From an uncultured virus (IMG/VR IMGVR_UViG_3300025383_000020) (taxonomy: Duplodnaviria; Heunggongvirae; Uroviricota; Caudoviricetes): a stretch of 64,000 nt of DNA. The stretch lies in IMG/VR virus record IMGVR_UViG_3300025383_000020. One strand, given 5' to 3'. The notes below the pieces were generated by a model that did not search any database, was not told the DNA's origin, and saw nothing but the letters and a program-made list of their open reading frames with translations. Below are positions 59,623-64,000 of this stretch, piece by piece. Position numbers and translations under genes: made by a program. Position 1 is the stretch's first letter; the number at the start of each line of letters is the position of its first letter.

Positions 59623-60429
59623 TTAGAGATCCCAGTCAGTGCTTGCAGCTACTGTGAGGTATTGTGTTCCGTCAAACTTGATGCTACCGCCTGCACCACC
59701 GAACGGGTCGTCTGCATCCCATACTGCAGAGTTCACATTAGTGACCGTTCTTGCATGGGAACTGGAATCAGTAAGCAAGTGACCGGAATCCGTCGCAAGG
59801 AGCAGCAGCTTGGTTTCAGGCAGGGCAGTTAGCGGTGCAGTAGGTGTAGTAAAAGGTTCAGTGTAGATACATTTTGCAGTCCATCTAAAGTTAGTGATCT
59901 TTCCGTCTACTAGACTATCGAGGCCTCCGTCTTTTGGTTCTGCGCCAATGTATAAGGTATTACCACCGCTTGGTATCGCGTCATTATAGGTCGCGTCAGA
60001 TCCAATCTGTGAACCATTAACGTAGAGTCGTAGTAGTCCGTTATTACGAGTCGCTGCTATGTGGTACCAGTTAGTTGTATTAAAGCTGACTGTTCCATCG
60101 ACCCGATTGGTTTCATTAGACCACCAGTATGCGTGGTGTCCGCCGTTCTCTATGCTGATCGCGTTAGGCGCTGGGTAAGTTCCTAGCGAGTAAGGACGTG
60201 GGTGTGATGTAGGGTTGCTCCAACTTGCGGCCTTGATAAAAAATTCAATAGTAAAGTCGACTCCGGCAACGTGTGGTGGAGTCCTCTGTAGCTTGCTGCC
60301 GCCAGCTGCGCCGGGTGCCTGACCTGCTCTGGCCATTCGCACTGCCTGTTCGTATATAGCATCGAGCTCAAATCTCTGATTTATTGATCTTTGTTCGGGA
60401 GTCTGGTGTCCCCAATTGATAAATGACAT
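59623..60429 (-). CDS. LamG/ConA-like domain protein
   Basis: DFTIEFF, WYHIAATR, LYVNG, G.ITNFR. Confidence 0.8.
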   Translation of the reverse strand: MSFINWGHQTPEQRSINQRFELDAIYEQAVRMARAGQAPGAAGGSKLQRTPPHVAGVDFTIEFFIKAASWSNPTSHPRPYSLGTYPAPNAISIENGGHHAYWWSNETNRVDGTVSFNTTNWYHIAATRNNGLLRLYVNGSQIGSDATYNDAIPSGGNTLYIGAEPKDGGLDSLVDGKITNFRWTAKCIYTEPFTTPTAPLTALPETKLLLLATDSGHLLTDSSSHARTVTNVNSAVWDADDPFGGAGGSIKFDGTQYLTVAASTDWDL

Positions 60430-60475
60430 GATTAAAGTGTGTTTTAGTTATTTATCAATGGTGCCTAAAAATCTC

Positions 60476-60676
60476 TTAGCTCTTTAGGTATTCTATTTTT
60501 GCTGGATCGAAGTCGACGAGTCCGTTCGGCTCGTATGGAAAGTCGCCGACTGATTTTTTAACTAGTGCGTCAACTGGGTGTGACACCTTTGGAATGGGCA
60601 GGGGACCCACTGGGACGTCCCTTTTTGGAAGGTCGTTAGTCTTTATTAGCTTTCCGGAAAATACGCCAGGCATCAT
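60476..60676 (-). CDS. hypothetical protein
   Basis: small ORF after ATAAATA. Confidence 0.5.
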   Translation of the reverse strand: MMPGVFSGKLIKTNDLPKRDVPVGPLPIPKVSHPVDALVKKSVGDFPYEPNGLVDFDPAKIEYLKS

Positions 60677-60684
60677 AGGATTAT

Positions 60685-61290
60685 TTATCGCCAGTCAAAC
60701 TTGAGAAAGTCGGCAAGATTATTCGGATAGTTCGGGTGATTTAGGGCAGCGTAACTCACATAAGAGTCTGGGTCCTTTGCAAGCTGGACTAGGATCTCGC
60801 CTGGAGAGTTAGGATTCCCAGCGACCAGGAGACGTACGTCAGCCAATCGGTCCCCTGCAAGCTGGGCTAGGGTCGATTGTTCCGCGTTCTGGTGATTGGC
60901 AACCACCAATCTTACATCAAAGTCAGCGTCCTTTGCCAGGAGGCCCAGCACCTCGCCTGGAGAGTTAGGATTCTTGGCGACCATTATTCGAACAAGGTCG
61001 GACGGATCCTCTGCAAGCTGGATTAGAGACTCGACTGGAGCGTTAGGGTTCTGAGCGACTCTTACTCGTACCTGAAGGTCAAAGTCAGTTGCCAGCACGG
61101 CAAGGACTTTCTTTGGTGTGTTCTGGTGATTCGCGACGCCTGATCTTATATCAGGATTTGAGTCTGCTGCAAGCTCGACAAGAGTCTTCGCTGGAGTGTT
61201 AGGATTCCTCACAAGAGCATTGAGATCATCTACCGGATTCACATTTGATTCGAGCAAAAATTGGGAATATGATTTGATATGCATCTGCAT
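60685..61290 (-). CDS. LRV/HEAT-like 24-aa repeat protein 1
   Basis: VA.NPN.P...L..LA.D....VR repeats. Confidence 0.85.
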   Translation of the reverse strand: MQMHIKSYSQFLLESNVNPVDDLNALVRNPNTPAKTLVELAADSNPDIRSGVANHQNTPKKVLAVLATDFDLQVRVRVAQNPNAPVESLIQLAEDPSDLVRIMVAKNPNSPGEVLGLLAKDADFDVRLVVANHQNAEQSTLAQLAGDRLADVRLLVAGNPNSPGEILVQLAKDPDSYVSYAALNHPNYPNNLADFLKFDWR

Positions 61291-61298
61291 AGAGTTAT

Positions 61299-61889
61299 TT
61301 ATCGCCAGTCAAACTTAAGCCAGTCAGCTAGATTATTAGGATAGTTCGGGTGTTCTTGAGCCGCCTGGCTCACTTTAGGCTGTAAATCCTTTGCTAGCTG
61401 AAGTAGGGTCTCGATAGGCACGTTAGGATTCTGGGCGACTCCCTTTCGTACACTCCATATAGCGTCCTTTGCTAGCTGAAGTAGCGTCTCGTCTGAAGTG
61501 TTAGAGTTACTGGCAACGTGCCATCTCACATAAGAGTCTGGGTCCTGTGACAGGAGGGCAAGGGTCTCCGATGACGTGTTGGGATTTTCAGCTATAGCCA
61601 CTCTCACTCTAGTGTCCTTTTCCTTTGAGAGCTGAAGTAGAGCCTCAGCTGGAGTTTTCGGGTTCCGGGCGACACATCGTCTCACTTTAATTTCAGGGTC
61701 CGCTGCAAGCTGGGCTAGAGCCTCAGCCGGAGCGTTCGGGTTCCAGACGACTTCTAGTCGTACCTCCAACTCAGGGTCCTGTGAAAGTTTCATTAGGACA
61801 TCGGCTGGAGCATTAGGGTCCCTGGCTAGTGCCCGGTCCGAGTCATATTTCTCTAGTAGTAAACTTGAGTAAGGTTTAACGTACTTCAT
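61299..61889 (-). CDS. LRV/HEAT-like repeat protein 2
   Basis: same repeat and C-terminal cap. Confidence 0.85.
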   Translation of the reverse strand: MKYVKPYSSLLLEKYDSDRALARDPNAPADVLMKLSQDPELEVRLEVVWNPNAPAEALAQLAADPEIKVRRCVARNPKTPAEALLQLSKEKDTRVRVAIAENPNTSSETLALLSQDPDSYVRWHVASNSNTSDETLLQLAKDAIWSVRKGVAQNPNVPIETLLQLAKDLQPKVSQAAQEHPNYPNNLADWLKFDWR

Positions 61890-61897
61890 AGAATTAT

Positions 61898-62608
61898 TTA
61901 TCGCCAGTCGAACTTGAGAAAATCCGCTAGATTATTAGGATAGTTCGGGTGGTTTTGAGCCAAGTGTCTCACAACAGAGTCTGGGTCCTTTGCCAACTGG
62001 AGTAGAGACTCGATAGGCGCGTTAGGGTTCCCGGAGACTGCAATTCTTATAGAACGATCTGAGTTCTGTGAAAGTTTCGCTAGGATCTCCACTGGAGTAT
62101 TAGGATTCTCGGCGACCATAAAACGCACGTCACTGTCGGCATCCCGTGTAAGGTCCACTAGGGTCTCGGCCGGAGTGTTCGGGTTATTGGCTACGCCCTG
62201 TCTCACTTCATCGTCTTCATCCTCTGCAAGTTTCACTAGGGTCTCGGCCGGAGTGTTCGGGTTTTCAGCGACTCTAAATCTCACTTTATAGTCTCCATCC
62301 TCTGCAAGTTCCACTAGGGTCTCGGAAGGGAGCTTGGGACTCTCGGCGACCTTTCTTACGACATCGGGGTCGGAGTCTCGTAAAAGTTTGACAAGGGTCC
62401 TGGGTTCAGTTGCTGGGTGCTTGGCGACCAACCAGCGAATCAAGGCCATGGGGCTGCTGGCCAGGTGGTGTAGGTCCTCGGCATCCACTCTTGGCGAATT
62501 GATAAACTCACGGATCTTGCCGAGCTCTTCGTCAGTTGGATTAGTGATATTGAACTCAAGGCGAGACTCAAGCAAAAATTGTGAATATGATTTGACGTGT
62601 AGCTTCAT
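61898..62608 (-). CDS. LRV/HEAT-like repeat protein 3
   Basis: same repeat and cap. Confidence 0.85.
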   Translation of the reverse strand: MKLHVKSYSQFLLESRLEFNITNPTDEELGKIREFINSPRVDAEDLHHLASSPMALIRWLVAKHPATEPRTLVKLLRDSDPDVVRKVAESPKLPSETLVELAEDGDYKVRFRVAENPNTPAETLVKLAEDEDDEVRQGVANNPNTPAETLVDLTRDADSDVRFMVAENPNTPVEILAKLSQNSDRSIRIAVSGNPNAPIESLLQLAKDPDSVVRHLAQNHPNYPNNLADFLKFDWR

Positions 62609-62619
62609 ATAAGATATAT

Positions 62620-63369
62620 TTATCGCCAGTCAAACTTGAGAAAGTCGGCAAGATTATTAGGATAGTTCGGGTGTTCTTGAGCCTTTTGGCTCACTTTAGG
62701 GTCCGGGTCCTCTGCCAGTTGGAGTAGGGTCTTGATGGGAGTGTTTGGGTTCCTGGCGACAACTCGTCTCAGACTAGCGTCCCCATTTGCTGCAAGCTGG
62801 ACAAGGGTCTCCACTGACACGTTAGGGTGCTCGACGACTCTCCATAGCACACGGTAATCGTCGTCCTCTGCAAGTTCAGCTAGGACCTCGGCGGGAGTCT
62901 TTAGGTTATCGGCGACGTTCCGTCTTACTTCACTGTCTCTATTCCTTGCAAGGTCCATCAGGATCTCCACTGGCGTGTTAGGGTTCTCAGCGACGCCACA
63001 TCTCACCAAATAGTATCTGTCCGCTGCAAGCTGGGCTAGAGTCTCCACTGGAGTGTTATGATTTCGGGCGACGTTCCGTCTTACGTCAGAGTCTGGGTCA
63101 CGTGCAAGGTCAATTAGGGTCTCCACTGGAGTGTTAGGGTTCGAGGCGACCCTCCATCTCACTTCAATTTCAGGGTCCTTTGCAAGCTGGACAAGGGTCT
63201 TGATGGGAGAGTTATGATTCCTGGCGACTCCTTCTCTCACTTTAACTTTAGGGTCCTTTGCAAGCTGGACAAGGGTCTCCACTGGAGTGTTAGGATCTTG
63301 GGCGACGTCCTCTCTTGACCGGTCTGATTGCTCTAGTAATAAGCTTGTGTAAGGCTTTACGTGCTTCAT
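62620..63369 (-). CDS. LRV/HEAT-like repeat protein 4
   Basis: start reassigned to MKHVKP. Confidence 0.85.
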   Translation of the reverse strand: MKHVKPYTSLLLEQSDRSREDVAQDPNTPVETLVQLAKDPKVKVREGVARNHNSPIKTLVQLAKDPEIEVRWRVASNPNTPVETLIDLARDPDSDVRRNVARNHNTPVETLAQLAADRYYLVRCGVAENPNTPVEILMDLARNRDSEVRRNVADNLKTPAEVLAELAEDDDYRVLWRVVEHPNVSVETLVQLAANGDASLRRVVARNPNTPIKTLLQLAEDPDPKVSQKAQEHPNYPNNLADFLKFDWR

Positions 63370-63383
63370 ATAAGATATATTTA

Positions 63384-64000
63384 TCACCAGTCACCGAGCG
63401 CCCAGTCTGTAATATCTTCGGGAAAGTTTGGATTTTCTTCCGCTGCTTTGCGGACTCTCGGGTCGGAGTCCGCTGCAAGGTGGACGAGAGTCTCCTTTGG
63501 AGTATTAGGGTTCGAGGCGACTCCTTCTCTCACTTCAACTTCAGGGTCCTTTGCAAGCTGGACAAGGGTCTCCACTGGAGTGTTAGGGTTCCTGGCGACT
63601 CCTTCTCTCACTTCAACTTCAGGGTCCACTGCAAGCTGGACAAGGGTCTCCACTGGAGTGTTAGGGTTCGAGGCGACCATCCATCTTACACTAGAGTCTG
63701 AGTCCTTTGCAAGCTGGACAAGGGTCTTGATGGGAGAGTTATGATTCCTGGCGACTCCTCCTCTCACTTTAACTTTAGGGTCCACTGCAAGCTGGACAAG
63801 GGTCTCCACTGGAGTGTTAGGGTTCCAGGCGACCATCCATCTTACACGAGAGTCTGAGTCCTTTGCAAGCTGGACTAGGGTCTTGATGGGAGAGTTAGGA
63901 TTCTTGGCGACACTATGTCTCACATGAAATTCTGAGTCCCCTGCAATCTGGGCAAGGGTCTCGATGGGAGTGTTAGGGTTCCAGGCGACAATATGTCTCA
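63384..64000 (-). CDS. LRV/HEAT-like repeat protein 5 (5' partial), near-identical 72-bp tandem repeats
   Basis: frame open to window end. Confidence 0.85.
   Translation of the reverse strand, partial: RHIVAWNPNTPIETLAQIAGDSEFHVRHSVAKNPNSPIKTLVQLAKDSDSRVRWMVAWNPNTPVETLVQLAVDPKVKVRGGVARNHNSPIKTLVQLAKDSDSSVRWMVASNPNTPVETLVQLAVDPEVEVREGVARNPNTPVETLVQLAKDPEVEVREGVASNPNTPKETLVHLAADSDPRVRKAAEENPNFPEDITDWALGDW

Noticed and set aside
60685..64000. DGR template/variable repeats or CRISPR
   Set aside because: In-frame 72-bp coding repeats, differences not adenine-specific, no reverse transcriptase seen

Overview
64-kb piece of a large T4-like (myovirus-type) jumbo phage, probably infecting Bacteroidota/Flavobacteria. 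The host is inferred from bS21, a DUF4494-like gene, a Flavobacterium-like tRNA-Trp and A-rich, SD-less starts. 1-33.7 kb is mostly virion and packaging genes (gp15-like, Gly-rich fibre, gp6-like wedge, TerS/TerL, gp26/gp51-like, PG hydrolase), plus tmRNA, an ECF sigma, FkbM/MBD4-like/glycosyltransferase genes and ribosomal protein bS21. 33.7-41.5 kb carries DNA ligase, ThyA, a sulfotransferase and GT9. 41.7-51.6 kb is a stable-RNA island: 31 tRNAs covering all 20 amino acids, two free-standing endonucleases, YqeY and a Ro60/TROVE gene. Around TROVE lie six copies of a conserved Y-RNA-like stem, each fused to a tRNA-like body opened at a different point; one is an ACCA-ending tRNA-Tyr-like RNA whose D-arm is replaced by that stem. 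Two tRNA blocks are preceded by promoter-uORF-antiterminator-terminator leaders that look like ribosome-sensing attenuators. 51.6-64 kb holds a duplicated CAP/PG-binding cassette, ClpP, a sigma70, a NucA-type nuclease and a tandem array of 24-aa HEAT/LRV repeat proteins. All calls are from motif recognition and by-eye base pairing; no database searches or folding programs were run.
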